Positions 1 through 14,500 of a stretch of 64,000 nt of DNA are shown here, piece by piece. How positions within the stretch are numbered: the first letter of the stretch is position 1; each line of letters opens with the position of its first letter. The notes beneath the pieces were generated by a model, which saw nothing but the letters and a program-made list of their open reading frames with translations, was not told the DNA's origin and did not search any database. Made by a program: the position numbers and the translations under genes. Source of the DNA: Octopus vulgaris (lineage: Eukaryota); NCBI GenBank assembly GCA_951406725.2, contig OX597817.1:151466001-151530000 (forward strand). Reading direction: 5' to 3'.

Positions 1-590
1 ACCAAGCCCTACGTTGAACCCACCATCACCATCAATGGGCAGCGACTGAACGCAGTGGACAAGTTCACCTATCTTGGCAACACACTCTCTAGAAATGTTG
101 CCGTCGATGACGAAATCAACGCCAGACTCACCAAGGCAAGCGCTGCCTTAGGTAGGCTACGCAAGACTGTCTGGGACAGGAGGAGGATTACCATCATGAC
201 AAAGATTGCTCTTTGGCGAGCTGCAAAAGGGAAAGCGCTCACAAGGTGGCCAGAAGAAGGGCTTTAAGGACACACTGAAAGCCTTACTGAAAGCTTTCAA
301 CATCGACCATGACACTTGAGAGCAGTCTGCTCTAGACATAGAAGGGTGGAGATCAGCTTTCTACAAGAGTGCCAACATATGCAAGACCAATAGGATCTCT
401 GCAGCAGAAGACCGCAGACAAGCCAGGAAGAACAGAGCTAATAACCCTGTAGCAGGCGCTACCATTCCCTGTCCACACTGTCAAAGACTCTTTCGGGCGC
501 AGATTGGCCTCACTAGCCATCTGCGGACTCACAAAACAAGCCCACCCCACTCCAGGATGACTAGATGGTCTTCGTCGCATCGACGGACAA
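1..590 (+). mobile_element. RTE-clade LINE, 3' fragment, internally deleted and decayed
   Basis: Translations VDKFTYLGNTLSRNVAVDDEINARLTKASAALGRL, GKRSQGGQKKGFKDTLK and a C-terminal C2H2-like CPHCQRLFRAQIGLTSHLRTH are typical of RTE ORF ends. Ends before a (TA)n tract. Confidence 0.85.
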
Positions 591-920
591 ACTACACATA
601 CTTATATATATATAGATGTATATACATATGTATATATATATACATATAAACACACACACGCACACATATATGTGTGTGTGTTTACCTTCGAAACGCGGAG
701 TGGATGAAACAGGGACAACTGAAGAAGGGTAATATTCCTTGTGCTGTATGTCTTCTACTCTGTTTTTTCGTTGTTTGGAAAAAGTTCGTTTCTATGTTTT
801 TGTTTTTATGTTTTCATGTTTTCATTTCTCATTGTATTCAACGTTTTTCGAGGTCCTGTACCCATATATATTATTGATATACATATATATGTGTATATAT
901 ATATATATATACACACACAT

Positions 921-996
<76 letters not shown>

Positions 997-1569
997 GTAT
1001 TTTGGCGCTTCTTTACCAAGTTATTTTGGCGCCTCTTCCTCTCACCCTCTTTAATTCTTTCTTTCTCTCTCTCTTGGTCATTGCTTCTGTTCTCGGCCCT
1101 CCTTAATCCCCCCTCTCGCTGTCTCTCTTTCTCTCTCACCTTCTTGCAATCTGCTGCTACTAAGCCATTCCATTGGTGATAGCCGCCTGTACAACACGTG
1201 TCTTCTCTACCGAAAAGGTAACCGCTTCCCACGCTTGCTGATCAATTGTTTTGTCCCATTTTGTCTCAAAGTCGTATCATTCCTGTTTTTATTCGTTACT
1301 GTTTCCAATTTTATCTTCGTCTCTTGTTTTCCTATTCGTCTCTGTTGTCACATTCTTTCCTTCTACCAAGCAAATCTAATGCCCATAGCTTAGCTTTTCC
1401 TTGGGGCTGGCCGTTTTGGAGCAAATCTCAGAATTAAACAGCCGAAATTTGCCATGATGAATCGGTTTCTGACTGAAGAATGAAGGCTCTGAATGACTGT
1501 CTGTTTTCCGTGTTCGTCAATTCGTGAATTTCACGTTCTTTATATATAAAGTTTTATATTATGTATATA

Positions 1570-1678
<109 letters not shown>

Positions 1679-1777
1679 GACAAAATACAGTAAATCGCTT
1701 TCTTACGCGTTCGAATACATTTGAACTGGTAACAGTTTATATGTGTACACATCATTGCTTAATACTTCTAATCTGTG

Positions 1778-1815
<38 letters not shown>

Positions 1816-1824
1816 CACGCACAC

Positions 1825-1965
1825 GCCCTAACGAACTTTTTCAAGTTCCATCTGAAAAGGAAGGTGGGGCTAGAGAGTATGTGTCTGTCAGAGTGCGTGT
1901 TCAAAAAAGGATGGAAGCGCGTTGCGCGGATGCTGGGTGTGAAAGACCTCGCATGAACATGTCAT
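1825..1965 (+). mobile_element. Tx1/L1-clade ORF2 C-terminal fragment
   Basis: LTNFFKFHLKRKVGLE...W..VARM matches LINFFKFHLKRKMRLE...WVNCARL at the end of the Tx1 element at 51826-52062. Confidence 0.7.
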
Positions 1966-2720
1966 GATCACTTGCTAAAAGGTTTCACACACACGCAATC
2001 GTAACTGTCACGGAAAGCTCCTCTAGTCGATCTGGCTATCATACCACATTGTAATGCAATATGGAGGAGTACAGTATCGTGTTCTATGCAGCTGAAATCC
2101 AGGCGATCAAATCGATGAAAATATTTCATGAGGAGCATATAAACCATAAAACGTCATTACGTGTGAGAGGTGAATATATTTATTTAACCACGTGACTTCC
2201 TTAGTATTACAGCAGTTTCACAGACTTCATCACGTAATAATTTCAGTGTATAATAAATCATTGTATATGTCTACACTAATATTGATGCTCCACATTGCAT
2301 TATACAATTGTATATTTACAAATTATTGAAGATAAAGAAGGCTGGCTCTTCATATATATATATAACATTCGGATAATAAGAATTATATAAATTATTATTA
2401 CCAGTGGCCTAGCACAAAAAAGGATTAGTCAATAGACTATATATTATTCACATAGAAATATCGTTGCACATTAAATCATATCAAGAGGCTTCCAAATAGG
2501 AATGCCTTGTGCTAGAGAGAGTGGTAGAAAAGTCAAACCACTAATTAGGGATAAATTCTCGAAAGGAATGAAAATAAAAAACTTTTACCATCTTATTTAG
2601 TTCCTAGACCATGGTTTCTAACTAATTCCAGTAAAAAAAAAATTTACTGAGGCTAGTTTTCATCAGTAGGAAGCACAAGGCTTTCCTATTTGGAAGCCTC
2701 TTGATGTGTTTTAATGTACA

Positions 2721-2787
<67 letters not shown>

Positions 2788-3182
2788 CATACATACGAAT
2801 ATTGGCTAATCGGAGTCGTGTTCATTCATTATTTCTTTCTTTGGCTACGTAAAAAAGTGTGTTACTGTCTGGGAGAATCTTACGATAGTAGAAAAGGAAT
2901 TTTTAACTCCTATTTCTAAATTCGGTATGTGGTAAAGCAATTAGCTGACCCCTAATTATAATTATGTTTATAATTATAGAATATTTGTATAATTTTACCT
3001 ATAAATGTTATTTTAACGTACCGATCTACTTGCAAAAATTATTAATTAATTGATTATACATGCATACAAACGTACATACATACATACATGCAAGTGTTGT
3101 TATAGATATAGATATATACACACACATACATATATATATGTGTGTATATATACACATACATACATTACTGTATAGATACACG

Positions 3183-3248
<66 letters not shown>

Positions 3249-3249
<1 letters not shown>

Positions 3250-3894
3250 GGGGTGGTGCAAAAGCTTGAGCCCATAAGCAATTTGTCATATAACAATTTA
3301 CGGTTTACAATAAGTGTTCAAACTGATTTCCACCTTCTTCTAAACACTTTCTTACTCAGGATCTTTGTACATTTTTAAGCATAGAGTTATTCAATAGGTT
3401 TCAATTTCTTGAGTCATGTTATCTTCTATAGACTTGTAATACTTTTGGTCTGTTAGCATCAACCACTAATTTTAGATGTCTCCATAAAAAAAAACCTAAA
3501 GGACTGAAATCCGGAGATCTTTGTAGCCATTCAACCGGTCCCTGACATCCACTCCATTATCTTGGAAATGTATTGTCCAAAAAACTGGGCACATCTTTCG
3601 TATAATGTGGCGGAGCCCCATCCTGTTGAAACCACACATCTCTTCGAATTGCTAGTGGTACGTCATCTAAGCAAAGCATTAGGACTGTTTTTAATAAATG
3701 AAGGTATGACTCACTTATTAACGTGTTTGGGAAGTAATAAGGACCAATTATCGTACTTTCCTATATAGCCACCTGCACCATAATCCTTGGACAGTATTGG
3801 GCGTGATATGATTATTAAATGAGCAAAATCATGTCAAAGGCAAGAAATAATTTTTTGTAATTTCTCTATGGGTTCAAACTTTTGCACCACCCTG
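3249..3894 (-). mobile_element. Internally deleted Tc1/mariner-superfamily element with TIRs
   Basis: ~28 bp TIRs cggggtggtgcaaaagcttgagcccata / tatgggttcaaacttttgcaccaccctg flanked by TA. Minus-strand remnants WFQQDGAPPHY and EWLQRSPDFSPLGFFLW. Confidence 0.85.
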
Positions 3895-3906
3895 TAACTA
3901 TATATA

Positions 3907-4200
3907 TGTGGAGGCACATGTCCTAGTGGTTAGAGCAGCGCATACGCGGTCGAGGGATCGCGGGTTCGAATCTCAGACTGGGCGATGTGTGTGTTTATGA
4001 GCAAAACACCTAAGCTCCACGCGGCTCCGGCAGAAGGTAATGGCGAACTTCTGCTGACTCTTTCACCACAACTTTCTCTCACTCTTTCCTCCTGCATCTT
4101 GCAGCTCACCTGCGACGGACCGGCGTCCCGTCCAAGTGGGGAACCTATACGCCAAGGAAACCGGCTCTTATGAGCCAGGCATGGTTCGAGAAGGAAGAAA
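3907..4200 (+). mobile_element. tRNA-derived SINE with 15 bp TSD
   Basis: A-box/B-box head (tagtggttag...ggttcgaatc). Flanking direct repeat ctgtaactatatata at 3892 and 4201. Confidence 0.85.
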
Positions 4201-4292
4201 CTGTAACTATATATAAAAGAAAACTTACTGGCCACTGATACGATTTTTGGGGAAAAATTTTATACTCATATTAGAAGTATCTCATTTACTCA

Positions 4293-4675
4293 TTTACTTG
4301 TTTCAGTCATTTGACACTGGCCATGCTGGAGCACCGCCTTTAGTCGAGCAAATCGACCCCAGGACTTATTCTTCGTAAGCCTAGTACTTATTCTATCGGT
4401 CGCTTTTACCAAACCGCTAAGTTACGGGGACGTAAACACACCAGCATCGGTTGTCAAACGATGTTGGGGGGATAAACACAACACACAAACATACACATAT
4501 ATATATATATACATATATACGACGGGCTTCTTTCAGTTTCCGTTTACCAAATCCACTCACAAGGCTTTGGTCGGCCCGAGGCTATAGTAGAAGACACTTG
4601 CCTAAGGTGCCACGCAGTGGGACTGAACCAGGAACCATGTGGTTGGTAAGCAAGCTACTTACCACACAGCCACTC
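4293..4675 (-). mobile_element. tRNA-derived SINE, family A (uninterrupted copy of the family targeted at 32.7-44.1 kb)
   Basis: Minus-strand head gtggctgtgtggtaagtagcttgcttaccaaccacatggttcctggttcagtccc. Colinear with 32315-32724 joined to 44103-44140. Confidence 0.85.
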
Positions 4676-4676
4676 A

Positions 4677-4721
<45 letters not shown>

Positions 4722-4758
4722 AGAGAGAGATAGAGAGATAATATAAAATAATACATAC

Positions 4759-4836
<78 letters not shown>

Positions 4837-4839
4837 ACA

Positions 4840-5975
4840 TATTACATGTACATCTATATATATACATCTATACATAAAATACAAAATACAAAGTTATATC
4901 TTGATATCGCTAGTGATAACAATACTCAAAATATATAACAGACTGGAATTGTTAGCTCGTCTCTTGTAATTTCGATCAATTGTATCTTGTCCTCCCTCTT
5001 GCATAGAAGTGTGGCTACAATCTAGCCTACCTCTACTTCTAGGCGGGGGGGAGCATCTAAAAATTTTTTTCCGGGACGTCCTACATCCCAGACATAAAGC
5101 TAAAAATAAAATATTTCCACTTTGCAATTTCGTGTCGAGTACTCCCTTGCACGCTCCGTTAACTCGAACCTTGCTTCTATTGTGGCGAATTTACCGCCTC
5201 TGATTAGATACCTTTCATAGTCGCACCAAGACACATTTCGAAGGTGCTTTCCTCCATGTGTTCAAATCTTTTTTCTCTATATTGTATACTTTATAGGCAA
5301 TAATCTTTTCTTTAATTTAATTTTTTATTACCCATCTGGACTATTCCATTTCTGCACGCTAATTTTATTTTTAATTTATTCCCATTCATGTGAAACCACT
5401 TATTCAAGTTCAAGTCATTGATGCAATTTTATACCAATTGCTATTTTTACTTTTGTTATGTTACGATTATTTTATACTTTAGTTTGGTTTTAATTATAAC
5501 TTACTACATATAATTCAATTGTTATTATTATCTCTAATTTTTATTGTTAAAGTGAAAGTATCTGACATAAAATCGAGAAATGTTTTTGTTTCACTTTTAA
5601 CACGTAATACTGAAATAGTGGAGAAGATATGATATTGCTATGGGCTCGCTCTAGGCAAGAAGTTGAACATTTTTGTTGCCCATGAAACTACATGGACCCT
5701 AAGTAAGGCATGTGTAAAATTTGAATGAAATTGGTTGTGTAGTTCTCAAGTTTTAGGGAATCGTAGTGGAGAAGATATGATATTGCTGTGGGCTCGCCCT
5801 GGGCAAAAAGTTTAAAATGTTTTTTGCCGATGACACTCCCCAGACCCTAAGTAAGGCATGTGTACAATTTGAATGAAATTGGTTGTGTAGTTCTCAAGTT
5901 TTAGGGAAACACACAGACAGACAGACAGACACACAGACACACAGACACACATTCTCAGTTTTATATATATAAAGA
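4840..5975 (-). mobile_element. Non-autonomous Helitron-like element, deleted copy of 14884-16459
   Basis: Highly similar to 14960-15430 and 15985-16459. Minus-strand 5' TC terminus at 5975. Internal tandem duplication near 5615-5910. Confidence 0.7.
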
Positions 5976-6299
5976 TTATATTACAGGGTGCGGATTGACC
6001 ACACCAACGCGCTAGAAATAGACGCCAACTGGTTCTAAACCATCTCAATATTCCATTAGCACGGAATAAGCGGGCGGATGAAAAAAATAAACTAGATTTT
6101 ATGATTAATTGTAAATCGATTTCAAACTTAGCGTTATAAAACAGCTTCTTATTTTGCGTCCAATGAGCCAAAGTATATACATGCAGATATTTATATATAC
6201 CCATACGAAAAGCGTATTCGCACGACCATGTACAGAGGTTTAAGAAATTAAAATTTCAGTCAATTTCAGATTCGCGTTGACAGCTGCTGTTATTATTGC

Positions 6300-6345
<46 letters not shown>

Positions 6346-6475
6346 GCCGCTGCTGCTGGTGGTGCTGGTATTCATTTGGTTTGTTCGCTGAAATGGATTT
6401 TGTGTTTTTTTTGTCCCATTTTTGAAACGACGACGACGATGATCGCGATCATGATGTTGCTGACGATGTCGATGG

Positions 6476-6518
<43 letters not shown>

Positions 6519-7319
6519 GAAGAAGAAAAATAGAAAAAAGGAGGGGAGGAAGTGGTTGTTATAATGATGGTGTTGTGATGATGGTGACGATGTTCTTTTT
6601 CAACCCTAGGCCAGTCCTGACTGAGTAAGCCCATGATCAAAAACGTTTAAGCTGTATCCCAGCAAGCGCACTTTAAGATTTAATTACTGCTTACGTATAA
6701 GTTTCCAGTAGATGTTAATATATTTATTATGCTGATATCAATACTATTACGTTGTGCCAATATTATATATATATATAAATAGAACGGTGCATTGGCCAAC
6801 GGTTAAAGATTGTTTAGATATGGGTCTTTACGCTCTGAGTTCAAATCCCACTGAGATTGTCTTTCTCTTTCATCTCTCCGGGATCGGTAAGATATTGTGT
6901 CAGTAAAATGATTACTGGGGTCGATATAATCAACTCTTCCCTCAATGAAAATTTCTAGTGTTATGTAAGAAATCAATATCAGAAATCAATATTTGGTTGC
7001 AAATAACGGTACAAATTCTGGCTTTACTGAAGAAAGAGTGTATTTTTTTACTCCTATTTTGCAGCACCAAAATATAACAGGGGTGGGGAAAAGTAAATAT
7101 ACAGTTGCTTAATATGAGTGGAGTGTTTTTTTCATTTCTCTATTTCTTCTTTAGGATAAAATTTCTGTGATTCTATGTTCTTTTTAACCAATTCTTTCTA
7201 CAATAAAAGAAAGGAAGGATGTTCATGGCTGGAATGCTCAGCCAAGGCTACTTTACTTTGGATCTAGATAATTCAACAAGACTAAATCTAATCTGTTTCT
7301 CTAAAATATTATATGAAAG

Positions 7320-7558
7320 TATTAATAGTTATTGCCATGCTAACATGGCAGTCCAGATAAAGAGGACGAATGCTGCCGTTGATTAGCTCCAAGAGGTCAT
7401 CGCCTCTAGCTAGCTGACCTCCCCTGTTCGAAGGTTATAATGGACACAGGTTTGTGTGTCACATAGCAAGCTAGAGGTGATGGCCTCTTGGAGTTAATCA
7501 ACGGCAGCATTCGTTCTATTTATCTGGACTGCATGTTTGCTTGCGATAGCTATTAATA
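7320..7558. mobile_element. Palindromic MITE
   Basis: Long imperfect inverted arms (gcagtccagataaa...ctctagctagc / gcaagctagag...tttatctggactgc) around a ~50 bp spacer. Confidence 0.75.
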
Positions 7559-7983
7559 TCCAGTACCGCTGCCGTAGTCTGCCTTAGGGAAAATTAGAAA
7601 TAATGATATTTCTATTATATGAAAGGAAGGTGTTTAGAACCGGTATTTCAACACAAATACTTTCTGTCGATTATCTGTGGGGCAGCTTATTTCAATCACT
7701 TGCATTTATATTTTTAATAAGATCCGAAAGATTCGAATATGCTAATCACTGTTGTGTTTCGTCACAGGAGAATAACTTCTTCTTTACAACGACTGTGTGT
7801 ACATAACACATCCCAGTCATCAACGTAATGAATTCTAAGAAGACCGGCGTTTGGTCATCGTTGTGTCTCGTTAGCAAGCAGCACCCTCGTACCAATGAAC
7901 CTAGCAAGAGTTGGTGCGCTTGTTTATAATTTCAGCTTACAAATTGTTCACTAATCCGTGTTATCGAAGTATATCATTACGTA

Positions 7984-8869
7984 CGAGGTCTGATCAATAA
8001 ACCAAAGCTACAACACGTACCAATTTGGCAAAATAGTCCCCTTCGGAAACCGCACACTTAATCCAGCGCTGTTTCCATTGATGGAAGCAGTTCTGGAATT
8101 AGTTTTCTGGGATAATCAGCAGCTGCCATGTCGCATTCACTTTGATTTCCTCAACGTCCTGAAATCTTCCTTTCAAGTGGGATTTGGTTTGTGGAAAGAG
8201 AAAATAGTCGCAAGGAGCAAGATCTAGGGAATACGTGGCTGTCGGGCCTGGGGAACGCTGCACAAGGAGATTTTGTGCAACTGAAACCCGAGCGTCTTTT
8301 TGGTCAGCTGAAAGCATAAACTTCGCAGACAAGCATCTCATACCCAAATCTTCAGTGATAATGGACTGAACTGAACTGTAACTAATTTGCATATCCTCTG
8401 ATAACTCTAGGATGGTGATTCGACGATTTCCCCTCACAGCTGTATGCACATCTGTGGTGTTTTTCTCAGTTCCTCTGGTTGCGGGTCTCCCAGAACGTTT
8501 GTCACTATCGATTTCTTGGGGCCATCTTGGAAACGTCTGAGCCACTCGTACACTTGCGTGCAGCTCAAACACTCCTCTCCATGCACTTTCTGAAACTTTG
8601 CGTAGGCCTCTGAGCAGGTATCACCAAGCTTTTGGCAAAATTTGATGCAAATTCTCTGCTCAACTTCCTCTGTCATGGTCAATGCAACAATCACACGCTA
8701 CACATGTTCCTTCCAAGCACTGCTGTAAACAGAAGAAGTGAACTAGAACGTTAAAACTTAGTGCGCATGCACAGCAGAGTTCAAGATCAATCTGTACCAA
8801 GTGGCTTTACTCTGCGTGCTTTAGCTTCGTTACTACGGCAACAGTCCGGATACTTATTGATCAGACTAT
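7984..8869 (-). mobile_element. mariner transposon, internally deleted and frameshifted
   Basis: TIR-like ends cgaggtctgatcaataa / ttattgatcagac. HTH region EQRICIKFCQKLG...VYEWLRRFQDG, RSGRP, and YSLDLAPCDYFLFP motif. Confidence 0.9.
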
Positions 8870-9298
8870 GCATTTATGTTGTTATTCTTTAGATAAACAT
8901 TTCTACGGTGTTTCTTTGTTCTTGTTTCTTGTTTTTTTTTTTCTTTTTTTTTTTTCTCTATGATGATACCAAAAGCTATAATAACTTGAGCGGTTTGGTC
9001 TTTTAGGTCATAATAGACACACGGGTGGTGACTCAGCGGAGGATTTGATTATCATCTCAAAACAATTTTCCGCTACTTTGTTTTCGTGCTCTCCTTTATG
9101 GCTTGCATACTTGAAATTGTTGCCTTGGTGATCAGGTGTGACACTGAATTAATGACAGAATTCCCACCGCTTACAAAAACAGCTGCTATTGAATTTCCAG
9201 TGTCCTTGAATTTAATCAAGCGTTCAGCATTTGTATTGCGAAATCAGTATAGTATATTGTTGCATGTATACTCATTACAGCATATTTATGTATTTAAT

Positions 9299-9612
9299 GA
9301 AGGCGCGTGGCTTAGTGGTTAGGGCATTCGGCGCACGATCGTAAGGTCGTGAGTTCAATTCCCGGCGACGCGTTGTGTCCTTGAGCAAAACACTTTATCT
9401 CACGTTGCCCCAGTCCACTCCACTCACCTGGCAAAAGTGAGTAGTACCTGTATTTCAAAGAGCCAGCCTTTGTGTTAAGCTGAATCTCCCTGAGAACCTA
9501 CGTTAAGGGTAGACGTGTCTGTGAAGTGCTCAGCCACGTGCACGTTAATTTCACGAGCAGTCTGTTCCGTTGATCGTATCATCTGGGACCCTCGTCGTCG
9601 TGACCGACGGCA
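9299..9612 (+). mobile_element. tRNA-derived SINE
   Basis: Head ggcgcgtggcttagtggttagg...gagttcaattccc, then gtgtccttgagcaaaacac core. 3' part shared with 63560-63745. Confidence 0.8.
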
Positions 9613-9685
9613 TGTTCCTATATATGTATTTGATTAAGAGATATTTGTTTTCATACTCATATAGATGACGCTTTTTTTATATACC

Positions 9686-9913
9686 TATTTCTTTACTACC
9701 CACAAGAGGCTAATAACAGGGGACAAACAAGGACAGGCAAACGGATTAAGTCGAATACATCGACCCCAGTGCATAAATAGTACTTAATTTATCGATCCCG
9801 AAAGGATGAAAGGCAAAGTCGACCTCGGCGGAATTTGAACTCAGAACGTAACGGCAGACAAAATACGGCTACGCATTTCGCCCGGCGTGCTAACGTTTCT
9901 GCAAGCTCGCCGT
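9686..9913 (-). mobile_element. SINE family B (Nin/Deu-domain-like core)
   Basis: Reverse complement of 28486-28718, with core ccgaggtcgactttgcctttcatcctttcgg. Confidence 0.85.
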
Positions 9914-12900
9914 CCTAATGCTTTGTTTTTTTATATATAACTTATATCAGAGAAGCACATCAAACAAACCGTTAAAATAGGTATCAGAAGCAGCAATACG
10001 TGATATAGACATATTTTAGACGTGTATCGATAGCGTGGATTGGTAAGAACACCTAAATTTCATGAAGTTCTAAATTGAAACCGTAAGCTGACATGATTTA
10101 TTGATGCATTATAAAATTGGTGGGTTTTTTACTAGCTTGTAGTCCTGAGTTTCAGAGAGATACTTGGAGAAACTTATGGAAAACCATTCCATTGTACGTT
10201 TGTTTTGGGCCACTACATAAAAGCTTGGAGACCCAATAAAGTCACAAAAACGAGTCGGAATAAGATACAACAACGAATATTAAGAGAACAATTTTAACTA
10301 AAACACTTTTATGATATTTATTCAAAGATTCGTTGGAAAGTACTGAATGCTCTCGTTTCTGTGATTGAACAGATTCATTAGTCTTTCAATATCATCGACC
10401 AAAATGGATTTTAAAATTTTATTTTCTGTTTACATCATAACTAAATCGATAGGGTTTTCGATCAATCTCTATAAATTCCGGTTAGAAATTGTTCTGATTA
10501 TTCTCGGTTCCGATTATTCTATTGGACGCTTAGAGATTTTCTTATCATTAAACAGCTGTTTTGACACAGGTATTATAGAAAATCGCGAAGTGAAGCATAT
10601 CCTCAAGCTACACGAACAGGATCAGCAAAATCTAATGTTCCATACTCTATTATGTCTGCAAGCGATAACTGAATATGCACGTTCAAAGAACTCTTATAGA
10701 GATAAATAATAAGCATGCAACAGTTGGCAAGTAATTAAGGTTTGATGATTGTCCAAGAGGAATTTATTACGCTGACATTTTGTCACCTAATTTTATTAAC
10801 TGCTTTCTTTCAAAGAAAGCAAAGTCGATTCTGAGAGCCTACTCGTATTTCTAGAAAAGTTATACGTACAGAGAAAAGTATGAGTATATGGAAATGAAGA
10901 AATTTATATTGGTATTTGAGTCATTAGAGGTTGCTCGTCACAGATTCAAGTTCCACCGTATCTGATATTGTCGTTATTTTGTGCATGATTGTTAAAATAA
11001 TTACCTGCATTATATTAAGGTAAGCTTATTAAGTTTCATTTGATTATTCAAAACTGGCATAAAACAATTTCTTCTATAGATAAGTGAATTTGAATTGGCT
11101 GAGAAGTTTCAACAAGTTTCTTCATTTACAGAGTAATTTTGATATTAGATAAGCAGAAAATGCCTAAATATTAAAAAAATATTGAATACTAGATAAATTA
11201 AAGCGATTAATTCAGACACAATGAAACTAATATGTATGTAAATTATTTCCGTACCCAGAGCTCTTAAACATCCATCTTTCAACGAATTATCGGCTACATC
11301 AGTGTTTATAACCAAAAATAAAGACATCCGTACCGATATTTCTACACTTTTTCTTATTCCAATTCTTATCTTCAGGTTTCTCCCAAATATCTCTTCCGAT
11401 TGCTAAATCACAAAATCACATAAAAACAATGATACTGATACGATCAATATTTCCTTGGCTAATAATAATAGATTACTTTTCATCATTATAGCTGCTTGTT
11501 TTCTTATATTCATCGTTAAAGAATTAATTCTGCTACAACTTGGTCAATCATAATTATCTTTTTTGCTGTGAGAAATTGATTTACACATAGAGGCTGTAAA
11601 TTTCTAATGATTAAACGATAAGTATCGTGTCTTAAAGTTTCAGCTTCATTTCTAATAATCTCTAGCTGGTCGTTAACAAACGAAAACTAACAGAATAAAC
11701 ATTATTTTTATAAGACTACCGCCCATGATCTTAGTTTTAAACGCTGTCTTTGAGAAACGCTTTAACTGAAAACAAGATAACTGCATCCAATTTCATAATA
11801 AGATTAAATGGGATCTTCAGGCCTGTAATGTATTTAGATTTCCTATTTTAAGACCATCTTAGATTCTTCGGATTTTCTAAGTTAATATCATTTTACAATG
11901 TAAGACAAGTTTAAATTTTCGTATTATAAGTTTTCGTTAGTAAAGTTTCTTGGCACAGTTCTTGATGAAAATGAAGTAAATTGTATTCATACACTTTCAT
12001 CGAACAAAAATAAATAGTCTGTGGAGACCAAAGTAAATATTATAAAAGCAATTAGCTTTGCGTATTAAAGTTTCTGACACTGCGCTGCCCTATAGAAGTA
12101 ACTAATACTTTTGTACTGTGCGATGAAGATTCAAGGAATATTTTCTTTTACTGCAATGTCATTCGTGTCCAGAAGAATAGAGACATTTATCTTGGGTTAA
12201 AGAATCGGCTTTGAAAGACAGAAATGAAAGTTTTATGGAGCAAACAGTAATCTCCACAGGTGTCAAGTTAACGATGTAGTTTTGATTCTTAATTGAAACC
12301 ACTTTCCGACATTGAAGCGATTGATGCAATTGAGAAAGCTATATGAAACGTAACATTTCGTTTTCGTGCTTCTTCTTATGGATATATAAAACATTTGTGT
12401 TCTAGACAAGTGGAACTTTTGATGATTAAATATAATAAGTTTGGAAATTTTCAGTTTTTTTTTATGGGCCAATCACAGGAGGATGGTAGTGACCATAGTC
12501 TATTTAGCACCACTTAGTTTGGTGATATCGATATAGTTGGTATTCAGTTTGAACAAATAGAGGTCGATATCGGGAGGGGAAAACCGCAAACTGGGAAGAA
12601 ATGTAGATTTGCGGAGAAAGGTTAGTGGGATGGATTACTTCAGGTGTCTGAGAGGTGAAACACAGTAGGGTGATGAGTAAAAATATAATAGATTGGGATC
12701 GGAAGTACTTGAGTGGCGGGTGTGTGCAAAGAGTTGATAGTTTAGAGTCAAGGAGGCCGTCGTAGTATTAGTAGAAGGGGCAAAGAGAAACAACAAATCT
12801 TCTACAGCCCGGAGTTTGTATCGTGTTGACGAGTGAATCGTTTTCAATCAGTTGGACGGGCTTCTTTTGAATAAAGTTTGAGATTTTGATGTGTTTAGCA

Positions 12901-13049
12901 GCAAACAGCCCCATATACATGTGTAGTTCTTCAATGTGGGTCTTCAACTTGGTGAGATATTAATTATTGGCTAATTCTGAAAGTTTCCTGATTCTGAGCA
13001 TGATCTTAGTCTTTGTGATGTACAAAGTGCATTCCAGAAGTTTACAGAC

Positions 13050-13740
13050 TTTTTCAGGAGAGATGTTTATTAATTTCAAAGAAGTGCAAAACTTAAATCT
13101 TCTTCAAAGTAGGATCCTTTGACTTCAATGCTCTTGTTATAATGTTCCAGCAACTTCATTAGGCTCCATGAGAGTCCTTCGAAGTGAAAGTGCCCTGGAT
13201 CCTTGTGACAGCCTCGGTCATTTTCTCTACGTCTTTAAAACAACTACCCATGAGTTTCTCTTTCTGTTTAAGGAGCAACTAAAAGTCACAGACAGCAAGG
13301 ATTTTAGGGAAGGTGAGGGTCAGTTTTGATGCCCACCTCTGTGAAGTATTTGGTTACCAGGACAGAATTGTGAATTGGTACAATTGTTATGGCCTTTTTT
13401 CAACGAAGTATCTGCTGAAATCCTTCAAAACCTCCAATGGGAGCTCTTTGTTGACTGTCTTGCCAAAGGGAACCCAGTGGATGCATATGATGTCGTTCCT
13501 GTCGAAAAGGGGGATCATAATGAGCTTCCCGAGGGAATTGCCTTGCCTGAGCTCTTGTAGCAGCGAAAGGTAGATGTTCAGCTCAAACAAGTTAATCCAT
13601 AAGCAGTTTGCAGCATTCAAAAGTCTCTGTAGCGTTTATACCGAGTTTAACACAAAGCCTTATTGCATAACGAGTTTCCAAATTATTTTCACGTCCCTTC
13701 AGCTTTCAGCAAACTAGTCTGCTGTGACAGTATTTAGTAG
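13050..13740 (-). mobile_element. Decayed mariner transposase remnant
   Basis: GKLIMIPLFD...HWVPFGKTVNKE...EVLKDFSRYFVEKRP resembles the mariner catalytic domain. Many stops. Confidence 0.7.
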
Positions 13741-13888
13741 AATGTGTTCAAAGTGCTATTACAGCCGTCGTCTTCAATCTGGAATAACAAAAGTTGGCAG
13801 GTCAGCTTATCAGATATATATTAATGAGATACTAATATTACAATTATCTCAAGACAGTGAGCCGGAAGAATCGTTAGCATGATATATA

Positions 13889-14308
13889 CGTCACTAAAGT
13901 GACTGAAGGCGCTAGTCAACGCTAGTATTGCTGAATGACTGACAAGGGAGACAAGCTCCCTACAGCATCCGGGCATAGCCAGATCATCAGGGATTTCACA
14001 TTTTTAATAATGCTCGTGAGTGGCTCTCACCCGGTGCCTTGAGTTAAACTCGGCGTGTGATTTCTACGGTAGTCTTATAGAGTGACAAGGCGAACTGAGT
14101 TTAACTCTAGGCGCCGATTGAGAGCCACTGATGATCATTAATAAAAATGCGAAATCACTTGTGATCAGGCTGTGCCCGGATGCAATAAGGGAGCTTGCGT
14201 CCCTTGTCGGTCATTAAGATAAGTACTACCTTGTCGCTATGAGTTGTTTTTAACTCCTTTTTCTAGCAAAACTGGTGCTGACTAGCGCCCTTAATCCCTT
14301 TAGTGACG
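13889..14308. mobile_element. Palindromic MITE flanked by TA repeats
   Basis: Termini cgtcactaaag...ctttagtgacg with long internal imperfect inverted arms. Confidence 0.75.
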
Positions 14309-14429
14309 TATATATATATATATATTGGATTCTCCACTGATAGAAATTGGAAAAACGGTCTTTGACTGCCATTTCTAATTCCTTCGGTATGAGGTGAAAC
14401 AGCCTGCTGCTAGTCATCTTATTTTTCTT

Positions 14430-14496
<67 letters not shown>

Positions 14497-14500
<4 letters not shown>

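Noticed and set aside
3907-3985. tRNA genes at SINE heads (also 9299, 24018)
   Set aside because: A and B boxes are present but no complete cloverleaf is evident, and they continue into SINE bodies with TSDs.
6277-6640. Poly-Val/Gly/Met and poly-Ser ORFs
   Set aside because: Trinucleotide microsatellites (GTT/GGT/GAT)n.
12480-12960. Possible old LINE remnant (also 60420-61000)
   Set aside because: Too decayed to support any motif by eye.
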